From positions 3,076-67,075 of the forward strand of contig JAJSZW010000003.1 of assembly GCA_030262895.1 (NCBI GenBank): a DNA stretch of 64,000 nucleotides, in the 5' to 3' direction. Source of the DNA: Deltaproteobacteria bacterium (GTDB lineage Bacteria; Desulfobacterota; Desulfobacteria; Desulfobacterales; ETH-SRB1). The stretch's first letter is position 1. Every line of letters starts with the position of its first letter. This document shows positions 16,911 through 26,113 of the stretch, in pieces. A program made the translations under genes and the position numbers. The notes under the pieces were generated by a model. That model made no database searches, had not been told where the DNA came from, and saw nothing but the letters and a program-made list of their open reading frames with translations.

Positions 16911-19754
16911 ATGAAATTCAAGGCAGGTTCACTGGTTACAGCCAGAAACAGGGACTGGGTTGTCCTCCCTTCAAATGATGACAAACTGGTTTTGCTAAAA
17001 CCGCTTGGCGGATCTGAGGAAGAGATAACAGGTATTTATTTGCCCCTTGCTTTTGCCGATGACAGGATCGAATCCACAAACTTTCCACATCCTTCTGCAA
17101 AAGATCTGGGAGATATTGCTTCTGCCAGGCTGCTTTATAATGCTGTCAGGCTCTCCTTTAGAAACGGCGCAGGCCCTTTCAGGTCTCTGGCAAAGTTTTC
17201 GTTCAGGCCGCGGTCATACCAGATGGTTCCTCTTATCATGGCGCTAAAGCAGGAGGGTCCCATACGGTTGTTAATTGCTGATGATGTCGGCGTAGGCAAA
17301 ACAATCGAGGCTCTGATAATATTAAAGGAGCTTCTTGAACGAAGAGTGATCAAACGTTTTGCCATTATTGTCCTGCCCCATTTATGCGAACAGTGGCAGT
17401 CGGAACTTAAGGATAAATTCGGTATTGAGGCAGTTGTCATCAGGTCAAACACACAGGCAAGGCTGGACAGGGAGATCCCAGGTGACACCAGCGTATTTCA
17501 TCATTATCCATATCAGGTTATTTCAATTGATTATATTAAATCCGATCAGCGCAGGCAGGTTTTTATTCAGGAATGCCCGGAGTTTATTATTGTGGATGAA
17601 GCCCATACCTGCTCGGTTGCTTTAGGCGCAAGGGCCGCCCAACAGCAGAGATATCAACTCATCAGAGATATTGCAAAAAAGTCCGGACAGCACATGATGT
17701 ATCTTACCGCAACTCCTCACAGCGGCAAGGCAGAACAGTTCAGCTCTCTTCTCGGTTTAATAAAGCCTGAATATCAGTCTCTTGATCTTCCAGTCGCCAC
17801 TCAGAACCAGCGCAGGGATCTTGCAAAATATTATGTCCAGAGAAGGCGGGCTGATGTTGAAAAGTGGATGAATGAAGACACCCCTTTTCCCAGTCGGGAT
17901 GCCGGAGAATTTCAGTATGATCTGTCAAAAAAGTATTCAGCGTTTTATGATGATATCCTCGATTTTGCGCTTGGTCTGACAAGAGGCGATGATATTCACG
18001 AAGGCAGAAAACGTTTAAGATACTGGTCGGCTTTAGCTCTGCTCAGGGGTGTAATGTCCAGCCCCGCGGCCGGCGTTGAAATGATAAACAACAGAATAAA
18101 AAAGCAACCCGCTTGTGATGATGCTGACGATGTTGTTGACACAGATGCAAATCCGATCATGGACGATGATTACGACAGCGCAAAGGATTATGCACCGACC
18201 GGAATTATAAATAAAACAGACTGGACAGATACTGAAAATAAAAAGTTGAATAAACTTGCAAAACTGCTGGACGAGCTTCATGGCGTAGGGCACGATTTCA
18301 AGGCAGCCAGGGCGTTGGAAATTGTAGGCACGTGGCTGAAAAAGGGTTATAACCCCCTTGTGTTCTGCCGTTTTATAAGAACAGCCAATTACCTTGGAGA
18401 TATTCTTAGAAAAAATCTGAAAAAAGTCAATGTTCAGGTTGTTACAAGTGAAGATCCTGACGAGGTCAGGAAGGCAAGAATCGATGATATGGAATCATCA
18501 CCCAAAAAGGTTCTTGTCGCTACCGACTGCCTGAGCGAAGGAATAAACCTCCAGGATCAGTTTACAGCAGTACTGCATTATGACCTTCCATGGAACCCGA
18601 ACCGTTTGGAACAGCGTGAAGGTAGAATTGACCGTTACGGCCAGAGATCAGAAAAAGTCAAGGCATACCTTTTGTACGGCACAAACAACCCGATAGACGG
18701 AGTTGTGCTGAAAGTGCTTTTAAGAAAGGTGCGGGAGATCAGACGTTCTACCGGGATTTCCATACCATTTCCCGAAGACAGCAAATCTTTGATGGATTCA
18801 GTTCTTCAGGCCGTTATCTCAGATTCACAGGCCGCAGCCAGAAGGCGTGATGCAAAGCAGCTTACATTTGATTTCAGCAAAGTCGATGAAGTCAGAGAAA
18901 AGGAGCTTATTGCGACAAAGGCTATTGAAAAGGCGGCAGACCGTGAAAAAGCTTCAAGGACCATATTTGCCCAACATGCAATAAAAGCAAATGAAATCGA
19001 GCAGGATCTAAAGCAGGCAGATGAGGCCATTGGTAATCCTGAAGCTGTTGAATCTTTTGTCACTGAATCTCTGATGAACGTACTTGGTGTTCAGATAACA
19101 CAAGACAAAAAAGCCAATGGATATATACTCTATACCGCAAACATTCCGCCTGTTTTAAGAAGCGCACTTCCTCCGAAAAAACAGCTCAAGGTCAGCTTTT
19201 TCTCACCCACTCCTGAAGGATATATCTATCTTGGCAGAAATCATGTTTTTGTTGAGCAACTATGCCAGTACCTTATGGCAAATGCATTAAGCAGCGACAC
19301 TGATCACGATCCTGCCAGGTCAGCAGTTATAAAATGCAGGGACGTTAAGATAAAAACAACGCTTTTACTTTTCAGGGTCAGAAACGTTATCGAGGAAAAG
19401 AAAGGCGGAAACCAGTTTGTGGCTGAAGAAATGCTTTTATGGGGTTACAAGGGAAGCCCTTCGGATAATGCATTTTTGGTTAAAGATGAAATTAAAAAAC
19501 TGATGGCGTATGCTGTTCCATCTGCTAATATTACAAATCAGGCAAAGGCAAGTTTTCTTGAAAATGAACTGGAAAACATTTCCGAACTTCGAGATGAATT
19601 TAACAAAATTGCCCTGCAAAGAGCCGAGATCCTGATCGAAGCCCACGAGCGGTTCAGAAAAGTCATGGGCGGAAAGAGATTCAAGGTTGTCGAGCCGGTT
19701 CTTCCAATGGATTTAATGGGAGTATATATTTTATTGCCGGACAAAGGGAATTAA
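16911..19754 (+). CDS. SNF2-family helicase (DISARM DrmD-like)
   Basis: Motifs ADDVGVGKTIEA, VDEAH, LTATPHSGK and QREGRIDRYGQ. It starts 4 nt after the upstream stop. Confidence 0.9.
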   Translation: MKFKAGSLVTARNRDWVVLPSNDDKLVLLKPLGGSEEEITGIYLPLAFADDRIESTNFPHPSAKDLGDIASARLLYNAVRLSFRNGAGPFRSLAKFSFRPRSYQMVPLIMALKQEGPIRLLIADDVGVGKTIEALIILKELLERRVIKRFAIIVLPHLCEQWQSELKDKFGIEAVVIRSNTQARLDREIPGDTSVFHHYPYQVISIDYIKSDQRRQVFIQECPEFIIVDEAHTCSVALGARAAQQQRYQLIRDIAKKSGQHMMYLTATPHSGKAEQFSSLLGLIKPEYQSLDLPVATQNQRRDLAKYYVQRRRADVEKWMNEDTPFPSRDAGEFQYDLSKKYSAFYDDILDFALGLTRGDDIHEGRKRLRYWSALALLRGVMSSPAAGVEMINNRIKKQPACDDADDVVDTDANPIMDDDYDSAKDYAPTGIINKTDWTDTENKKLNKLAKLLDELHGVGHDFKAARALEIVGTWLKKGYNPLVFCRFIRTANYLGDILRKNLKKVNVQVVTSEDPDEVRKARIDDMESSPKKVLVATDCLSEGINLQDQFTAVLHYDLPWNPNRLEQREGRIDRYGQRSEKVKAYLLYGTNNPIDGVVLKVLLRKVREIRRSTGISIPFPEDSKSLMDSVLQAVISDSQAAARRRDAKQLTFDFSKVDEVREKELIATKAIEKAADREKASRTIFAQHAIKANEIEQDLKQADEAIGNPEAVESFVTESLMNVLGVQITQDKKANGYILYTANIPPVLRSALPPKKQLKVSFFSPTPEGYIYLGRNHVFVEQLCQYLMANALSSDTDHDPARSAVIKCRDVKIKTTLLLFRVRNVIEEKKGGNQFVAEEMLLWGYKGSPSDNAFLVKDEIKKLMAYAVPSANITNQAKASFLENELENISELRDEFNKIALQRAEILIEAHERFRKVMGGKRFKVVEPVLPMDLMGVYILLPDKGN

Positions 19755-19757
19755 AAA

Positions 19758-19786
19758 ATTGGAGGTCGCAATTTGCGACTTCCAAT
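19758..19786. promoter_or_regulatory. Near-perfect 29-bp palindrome between the SNF2 and methyltransferase genes, followed by tataat
   Basis: attggaggtcgcaa-t-ttgcgacttccaat, where the single arm difference would be a G-U pair in RNA. tataat lies at 19792-19797 and the ATG at 19808. Confidence 0.4.
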
Positions 19787-19807
19787 CAAGATATAATGAG
19801 CTAATGT

Positions 19808-22800
19808 ATGAAATACACCACCATACGCATAGAAGGCGCCATACTTTCTGCTGATATACTTGACAAGATTGAGCAGGGAGACATTGGCGGCCGGCTTGCC
19901 AGGGATTTCGGCTTTGACACAAAAATAAAGGTCAAGGATGAAATCGCAAGGGCATGGGCAGATGCCCAGGATTTGTGGCGTATATTCAAAAGGCAGAAAG
20001 AAAGAGTTGCTGAGCAGGAATACGGAACCACAGAAACAAGAAAATACTGGATTATCCCTTTGCTTGGATTATTCGGATATGATGCCCAGCTCTCAAAAGC
20101 GGAAATTGTTCATGGAAAATCGTATGCAGTAACCCACCGCATAGCCAATCTTGACAGATTCCCGATTCATATAGTGGGGTTTAATGACAGCCTTGATAAA
20201 AAAAGAACAGACAGTGGACCCCGCATGTCACCACATGCCCTTTTGCAGGAATATATAAACCTTACCGAACACCTTTATGCAATTATTACAAACGGCATTC
20301 ATTTAAGGCTTTTGCGAAACAGCAGCAGGCTTATCAGGCTGTCATTTATCGAGTTTGATCTCGAAACCATGATGGAGGAAGAACATTATGCAGACTTTGC
20401 CATAATGTTTCGCCTTCTTCATTCAAGCCGCATGCCCGCAAAAATGGATCTGGGAGCAGAGAGCCTGATAGAAAAGTATCATCAGGATGCGCTGGATTCA
20501 GGGTCAAGAATTCGGGAAGGCTTAAGCAATGCGGTAGAAATCTCTATACGTTCTCTTGCAAACGGTTTTCTGCAACATACAGACAATGAAGAGCTTCGGG
20601 AGCAGCTTGATAATGAGGAAATATTAGCATCTAAGTTTTATCAGTATCAACTGCGTCTTATATACAGAATTTTGTTTCTCATGGTCATTGAAGAAAGAAA
20701 CCTTATTTTTCCTGATAATGTGGATAAGACCAAAAGAAAAATCTATTATCAATATTACAGTGTCAACCATCTTAGAAAGCTTTGTGAAAAACTGTATCTT
20801 GCCGATCAGCGGTTTAACGACCTCTGGATTGCATTAAAAAATACATTTCATCTTTTTGAGAGTGAAATAAAAGGAAAGCATCTGGGCCTAAGCCCTCTTG
20901 CAGGCGACCTGTTCGGATATAATGCCATCGACATATTAAACAAGTGCAATCTTGATAACAAGATACTTCTGGAATGCTTAAGAAGCTTAAGCGTATTTAT
21001 CAATAAAAAAACCGGCCAGAAAATGCGGGTGAATTATGCTTCGCTGAATGTAGAAGAATTCGGCTCGGTTTATGAGGGCATGCTCGAATATGATCCAATG
21101 ATTACAAAACAGGCCGGAGTTTATCAGTTTGATTTTGTAAAAGGCTCTGCTCGATCATCGTCAGGCTCTCATTACACGCCCGATGAGCTTGTCCAGCCGC
21201 TTATCAAGCATTCTCTGGATTATATTATTGAAGACAGGCTGAAATCATCCGACAAAAAATCAGAAAAGGAAAAAGCATTATTATCCATCAAGGTTTGTGA
21301 TGTTGCCTGCGGCAGCGGGCATATATTGCTTAATGCAGCAAGAAGGATTGGGGCCGAAGTTGCCAAGCTCAGGACAGGCGAGGACCAGCCGTCTCCTGCG
21401 CCTTTGCGCCAGGCAATCAGGGATGTGATCAAATCCTGTATTTATGGCGTGGATAAAAATCCTCTGGCTGTTGAATTATGCAAGGTTGCCCTGTGGCTTG
21501 AGGCGCACAATCCCGGAGAACCCTTGAATTTTCTTGATCATCATATCAAGTGGGGTGATGCGATTGTTGGACTGGCGCATAAGGAAGAGCTGGGAAACGG
21601 TATTGCTGATGAGGCGTTCAAGAAGATACCTGGTGATGACAAGGATATAAGGGCTGAGCTTGCGAAGAGAAATAAGACAGAAAGAAAAAGCGCTGAAAAA
21701 AGGAAAATTTTCTATGAACACTCTGAGTTCGGTTCTATAGATAGATCATTTACCGACATATCCAAAGTTTTCGAATCTTTTAATCGGCTTCCTGAAAACT
21801 CAATTAAAGAGATTGAACATAAACGCATAGAATATAAAAGATTGAGTTCAGGGGATAACTGGTGGCGACTAAAGACCTTAGCCGATATTCAGGTGGCACA
21901 GTTTTTTATTCCAAAAACAGAGGATAACGCAAAAAAGATAATTACAGATGACACGTATCGGGCACATCTGTCAGGTAGAAAACCGCTGGGAGGATGGGTC
22001 GCAGTAGCAAAAGCTATGGGTGTCGCAACGGAAAAGAAATTTTTTCATTGGTTCCTGGAATTTCCAGAAGTATTCAATCCCTCTCCTGCGGGAGATGGCC
22101 GGGGTGAGGGCAAAGGCGGGTTTGATTGTATTTTGGGGAATCCGCCGTTTTTGGGTGGAAAAAGAATTAGTACAAATTATGGTGATTACTATTTAAATTA
22201 TTTAAAAAAGAATTACGAACCAATTAAGGGTGCTACCTGTGATCTGGTAGCATATTTTTTTAGAAGAAATTTCGACTTATTAATGGAAAATAAATTTGTT
22301 TCATTAATTTCTACAAATACTATTGCACAAGGGGAAACAAGGAAAGGAAGTTTAGATAAGATAACTGAAACAGGTAGCATTAATTATGCTGTTAAAAGCA
22401 CAAAATGGCCAGGACTTGCAGCTGTCGAAGTTGCTTTGTTGAGCATTTATAAGGGTGACTGGAAAGGTCAATTTATTTTAAATGGAAAAACTGTGAATAG
22501 AATCTCACCTTTTCTTGATGATTCTGAAAAGGCACAAAATCCTGTACCTTTAAAACAGAATGAAAAGAAATCTTTTAAAGGTAGTTATGTTCTTGGCCTT
22601 GGATTTACATTAACAGAAATTGAAGCAAAAGCTCTAATAAATGCTGATTCAAAGTATAAAGATATTCTTTTCCCTTACTTGATTGGAGAAAATGTAAACA
22701 GGTCACCTATTCAAGCGCCCAGTAGATGGATTATAAATTTTTTCGACTGGCCTATGGAAAAATGTAAAACAGGATATCCAAATTGTTTTAATAAAATTGA

Positions 22801-23707
22801 ATCCTTAGTTAGGCCTGAAAGAATTATTTTAAAGGATAAAGGCTATAGGGAAAAATGGTGGTTATATGCAAGAAGAGGTGTAGAATTATATAATACAATT
22901 AGCTCTTTGAATAATGTATTTGCTTCTTGTACAGTTACAAAGCATTTAGCTTACATAAAAACTGAATCAAAAAAGGTTTTTGATATTGCAACAAATATTG
23001 TAGTTTTTGAAGAAATGAATTACTTTTCTTATCTTCAGTCAACTATTCATAGTTCTTGGGCCTGGAAGTATGGCTCGACAATGAAAAGTGATTTGAGATA
23101 TACACCAACAGGCTGTATTCAAACATTTCCATTCCCGCAAAACATTTCAGAATCACAAAAGAAAGATTTAGAACAAATAGGCGAAGCCTATCACGAACAC
23201 CGCTCTCAACTTATGCTTAAAATTCAGCTTGGTCTCACCAAAACCTACAATCAATTCCACAACCCTGATCTCAGGGGGTTTTCAAACGATGATATCGAAA
23301 CAATTTCAACCCTGAAAACCAAGGATTTCCAAAAACAATACGGCAAAGAAACCGTTAACCTATGGAAGCACTTAAACAAGACAGAAGGCGTCTGTGCATT
23401 CAACGAGGCGGTGCAGGATATCGCGCATCTGCACAAGCTTCACAAAACGATGGACGAAACCGTATTAAAAGCCTATGGCTGGGATGATATAGATCTATCT
23501 CATGATTTTTACGAAGTGGACTATCTGCCGGAAAACGACCGTGTACGATACACAATTTCACCTGATGCCAGAAAAGAAGTCCTAAAGCGTCTGCTAAAAC
23601 TAAACCACGAAATCCACGAACAGGAAGTGAAAGCAGGCCTGCACATAAAAAGAAAAAGCAAAAAGAAACAGAAAGCCGATGCACCAGGACAGATGAAGCT
23701 GTTTTAA
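19808..23707 (+). CDS. 1299-aa gamma-class N6-adenine DNA methyltransferase (Eco57I-like, DISARM DrmMI-like)
   Basis: Motif I VACGSGHILLNAARRIG precedes motif IV ILGNPPFLGG. It has long N- and C-terminal extensions. Confidence 0.9.
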   Translation: MKYTTIRIEGAILSADILDKIEQGDIGGRLARDFGFDTKIKVKDEIARAWADAQDLWRIFKRQKERVAEQEYGTTETRKYWIIPLLGLFGYDAQLSKAEIVHGKSYAVTHRIANLDRFPIHIVGFNDSLDKKRTDSGPRMSPHALLQEYINLTEHLYAIITNGIHLRLLRNSSRLIRLSFIEFDLETMMEEEHYADFAIMFRLLHSSRMPAKMDLGAESLIEKYHQDALDSGSRIREGLSNAVEISIRSLANGFLQHTDNEELREQLDNEEILASKFYQYQLRLIYRILFLMVIEERNLIFPDNVDKTKRKIYYQYYSVNHLRKLCEKLYLADQRFNDLWIALKNTFHLFESEIKGKHLGLSPLAGDLFGYNAIDILNKCNLDNKILLECLRSLSVFINKKTGQKMRVNYASLNVEEFGSVYEGMLEYDPMITKQAGVYQFDFVKGSARSSSGSHYTPDELVQPLIKHSLDYIIEDRLKSSDKKSEKEKALLSIKVCDVACGSGHILLNAARRIGAEVAKLRTGEDQPSPAPLRQAIRDVIKSCIYGVDKNPLAVELCKVALWLEAHNPGEPLNFLDHHIKWGDAIVGLAHKEELGNGIADEAFKKIPGDDKDIRAELAKRNKTERKSAEKRKIFYEHSEFGSIDRSFTDISKVFESFNRLPENSIKEIEHKRIEYKRLSSGDNWWRLKTLADIQVAQFFIPKTEDNAKKIITDDTYRAHLSGRKPLGGWVAVAKAMGVATEKKFFHWFLEFPEVFNPSPAGDGRGEGKGGFDCILGNPPFLGGKRISTNYGDYYLNYLKKNYEPIKGATCDLVAYFFRRNFDLLMENKFVSLISTNTIAQGETRKGSLDKITETGSINYAVKSTKWPGLAAVEVALLSIYKGDWKGQFILNGKTVNRISPFLDDSEKAQNPVPLKQNEKKSFKGSYVLGLGFTLTEIEAKALINADSKYKDILFPYLIGENVNRSPIQAPSRWIINFFDWPMEKCKTGYPNCFNKIESLVRPERIILKDKGYREKWWLYARRGVELYNTISSLNNVFASCTVTKHLAYIKTESKKVFDIATNIVVFEEMNYFSYLQSTIHSSWAWKYGSTMKSDLRYTPTGCIQTFPFPQNISESQKKDLEQIGEAYHEHRSQLMLKIQLGLTKTYNQFHNPDLRGFSNDDIETISTLKTKDFQKQYGKETVNLWKHLNKTEGVCAFNEAVQDIAHLHKLHKTMDETVLKAYGWDDIDLSHDFYEVDYLPENDRVRYTISPDARKEVLKRLLKLNHEIHEQEVKAGLHIKRKSKKKQKADAPGQMKLF

Positions 23708-23821
23708 AAAAACGCATAAAAAGGGGGGCTCGGTCAAAGGTGAATTAAAGTAAGGGAAGTACATTAGTTTATAAGTTGCCTGGAGGAATAGGGCCCTTTT
23801 TGCGGCAATCGAGTTAAAGCC

Positions 23822-24016
23822 ATGAATGTTATCAACCGTGTAAAAATAAAGCCTGGTCAATGTGTTCTGATAGTATTGAAAAAAGACCAGCGATCCGGAA
23901 AATTAACGAAAGGTATAGTGAAGGACGTTCTGACAAGAGCACCAACTCACCCTCATGGCATTAAAGTCCGTTTAGAAAGTGGTGAAATTGGACGGGTGAA
24001 GGAAATATTAGAATAA
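23822..24016 (+). CDS. ywbE: YwbE-family small protein (DUF2196)
   Basis: IKPGQCVLIVLKKDQRSGKLTKGIVKDVLTRAPTHPHGIKVRLESGEIGRV matches the B. subtilis YwbE pattern almost residue for residue. Confidence 0.85.
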   Translation: MNVINRVKIKPGQCVLIVLKKDQRSGKLTKGIVKDVLTRAPTHPHGIKVRLESGEIGRVKEILE

Positions 24017-24252
24017 GGGGGTATTGGGGTCAAACATATGATTTGCTTGGGTTAAAAAAAACGATTTGTTTAGCCTGCTTTTTACGAAAAAAGTATCTTG
24101 TATTAACCTTGAATACCAAAAGTCAAAAATGGCAAGGAGTAGCTGAAAATGTAGAAGGATCGGTATAAAAGCTGGAGAAGGATCGGTGTCATTTCTGTGG
24201 ATTAAAGTTAATCTTTAAGTGCTATCGCATTGTTCGGGGGGCTTTCGGGGTT

Positions 24253-25530
24253 TCAATTCCAGATGTTGGCTTGTAGAAAAAATTCAAACAGAGGCAGGGG
24301 AATATAAAATCGGCCATCTTCTTCTTTAAAATCCTGTTTGGTCACAAGTATCATTTTTTGAGTATTGTATTTTTTTGTAAAGTTACGCATTGCAACCGGC
24401 AACCCTGATACTTTATTCTGGAATTTTACTTCAATGACATCCCTGGTTTGGCCGTAATCAACAATAAAATCAATTTCCGCTTTGCTGATGGTTCTATAGA
24501 AAAATAAATTATCTTCTGTTACATAGTGTCGCAAGGCTGCAAAGGCAAGATTTTCTGCTTCCTGCCCGCTGATATCATTGTATGTTGCAGGAAAGCGATT
24601 CAGTATAAAATTGTGCAATCCGCTATCATTAATAAAAATCTTTTTCATCTTGGACACTTCTTTTCTCGTATTTACAAAAAAAGGCGTTAAAAAATGGCAC
24701 ACATATGTTCCCTGCAGGATATCCAGGTATTTATTCAACGTGTTAATTGCAATGCCCAGTGTATTGGCCAGAGACTGCTTGTTTAGAAGATTGGCTGTTT
24801 CTGAACATAGAACCTTTATCAGGCTGTTGAATGCAGCTACATTTTCAACCCTGAGAAATGCAATGATATCTTTTTGGATATAGGTTGAAAATAATTCCCG
24901 GATAAGTGTTTTTTTAAGATCATAATCCTCAGTGGTTACAATTTCAGGATATCCGCCAAACTGTGCAAACCGGGCGAACAGAATTTCAAGTTTTGTTTTA
25001 TGCACCTCGTAAAGTATTTTCCATTTATCATAGCTGTAAGCTGTTTCTGCAAAAGCCTTTTGAATACCCGGTTCTCTGTACCTTACAACCTCTGTAAAAG
25101 ATAAGCGTCCTATTGGAAATTCTATTTTGCGGCCTGTTAAAAATTCACTGTTTTTTGTAATCTCAAGGGATGAAGAACCGGAGACAATGAACTGCATTTT
25201 ATGATGGTACTTATCATGCAGAACCTTGATAAATCTTCCGGCATCATTAATATATTGAAACTCATCGATAAAAACGTACACTTTGGCGACTGAAAAATCT
25301 ATTTCGCTTTCAAGCCGGGCCATGAAGTGCTGTGGGGTTTTAAATATGGAATTATCAAAATCTTCGTCCGCGGAAATATAAAAGGTGGTCTTGCCTTGCC
25401 TGGTAAGATATGCCTGAATCTCATCCATGATAGTGGTTTTACCTACCTGCCTGGCGCCTTTAAGAATTAGAACTTTTGCGCTATCCAGACTCTTTATTAA
25501 TGTAAAAAAGATATCTCTTGTTATCTGCAT
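24253..25530 (-). CDS. AAA-family ATPase with C-terminal DUF4143 domain
   Basis: Walker A GARQVGKTT, Walker B VFIDEFQ, and a C-terminal ..AEIDFIVDYG..VIEVKFQNKV.. block. Confidence 0.85.
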   Translation of the reverse strand: MQITRDIFFTLIKSLDSAKVLILKGARQVGKTTIMDEIQAYLTRQGKTTFYISADEDFDNSIFKTPQHFMARLESEIDFSVAKVYVFIDEFQYINDAGRFIKVLHDKYHHKMQFIVSGSSSLEITKNSEFLTGRKIEFPIGRLSFTEVVRYREPGIQKAFAETAYSYDKWKILYEVHKTKLEILFARFAQFGGYPEIVTTEDYDLKKTLIRELFSTYIQKDIIAFLRVENVAAFNSLIKVLCSETANLLNKQSLANTLGIAINTLNKYLDILQGTYVCHFLTPFFVNTRKEVSKMKKIFINDSGLHNFILNRFPATYNDISGQEAENLAFAALRHYVTEDNLFFYRTISKAEIDFIVDYGQTRDVIEVKFQNKVSGLPVAMRNFTKKYNTQKMILVTKQDFKEEDGRFYIPLPLFEFFLQANIWN

Positions 25531-25633
25531 TGCTGAATCCTCCGCTCATTATTTATGAGCTTTATTATCATGACGTTGATATTAATACAATGTATTTTTA
25601 TCAACACTATGATATTTATCTCGGATAATTATA

Positions 25634-25741
25634 TCAATGAACCGCCAAGCTTTCCACAGCTTTGCGGAACCTTCTGAGTTGAGGTGAAAATTTTGCATCA
25701 GCCGGTTTGGCTTCAATTGCCAAAACAGGTTTTTTGTTCAT
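25634..25741 (-). pseudogene. possible 35-aa remnant of a DUF4143 domain
   Basis: MNKKPVLAIEAKPADAKFSPQLRRFRKAVESLAVH resembles the ..IEVK......L..F.. end of DUF4143 ATPases. It is too short for certainty. Confidence 0.3.
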
Positions 25742-26113
25742 GTGGGCAAATATATAACGCACTTAACTTATAAACTTATTCGCCAGTTAGTGAATATCTC
25801 TTAGCCTTTGTTAGCTTCTTGCCTCGATTTACCGATTTACCGATAGTCTGTACCGATATATTCAGTTACGATTTATACTCTTTCATGCATGATATTTTTT
25901 GATGTTTTTATAAAAGATTTCAGCATACAGAAATCTTATCAAACGAATCAGCCAAACTACAAAATAAGGTGGTCAGAAAAAATGCTTTATGGTAATGAGT
26001 CATTATTGCCATAAAGCAGGTTTAATATTTTATTTGATTGGATATAATCTAAGCAATAATATTAATTGGTTATAGCCATTTTGAGCAACTTCTCAAAAAG
26101 TTCTGGTGATTTT

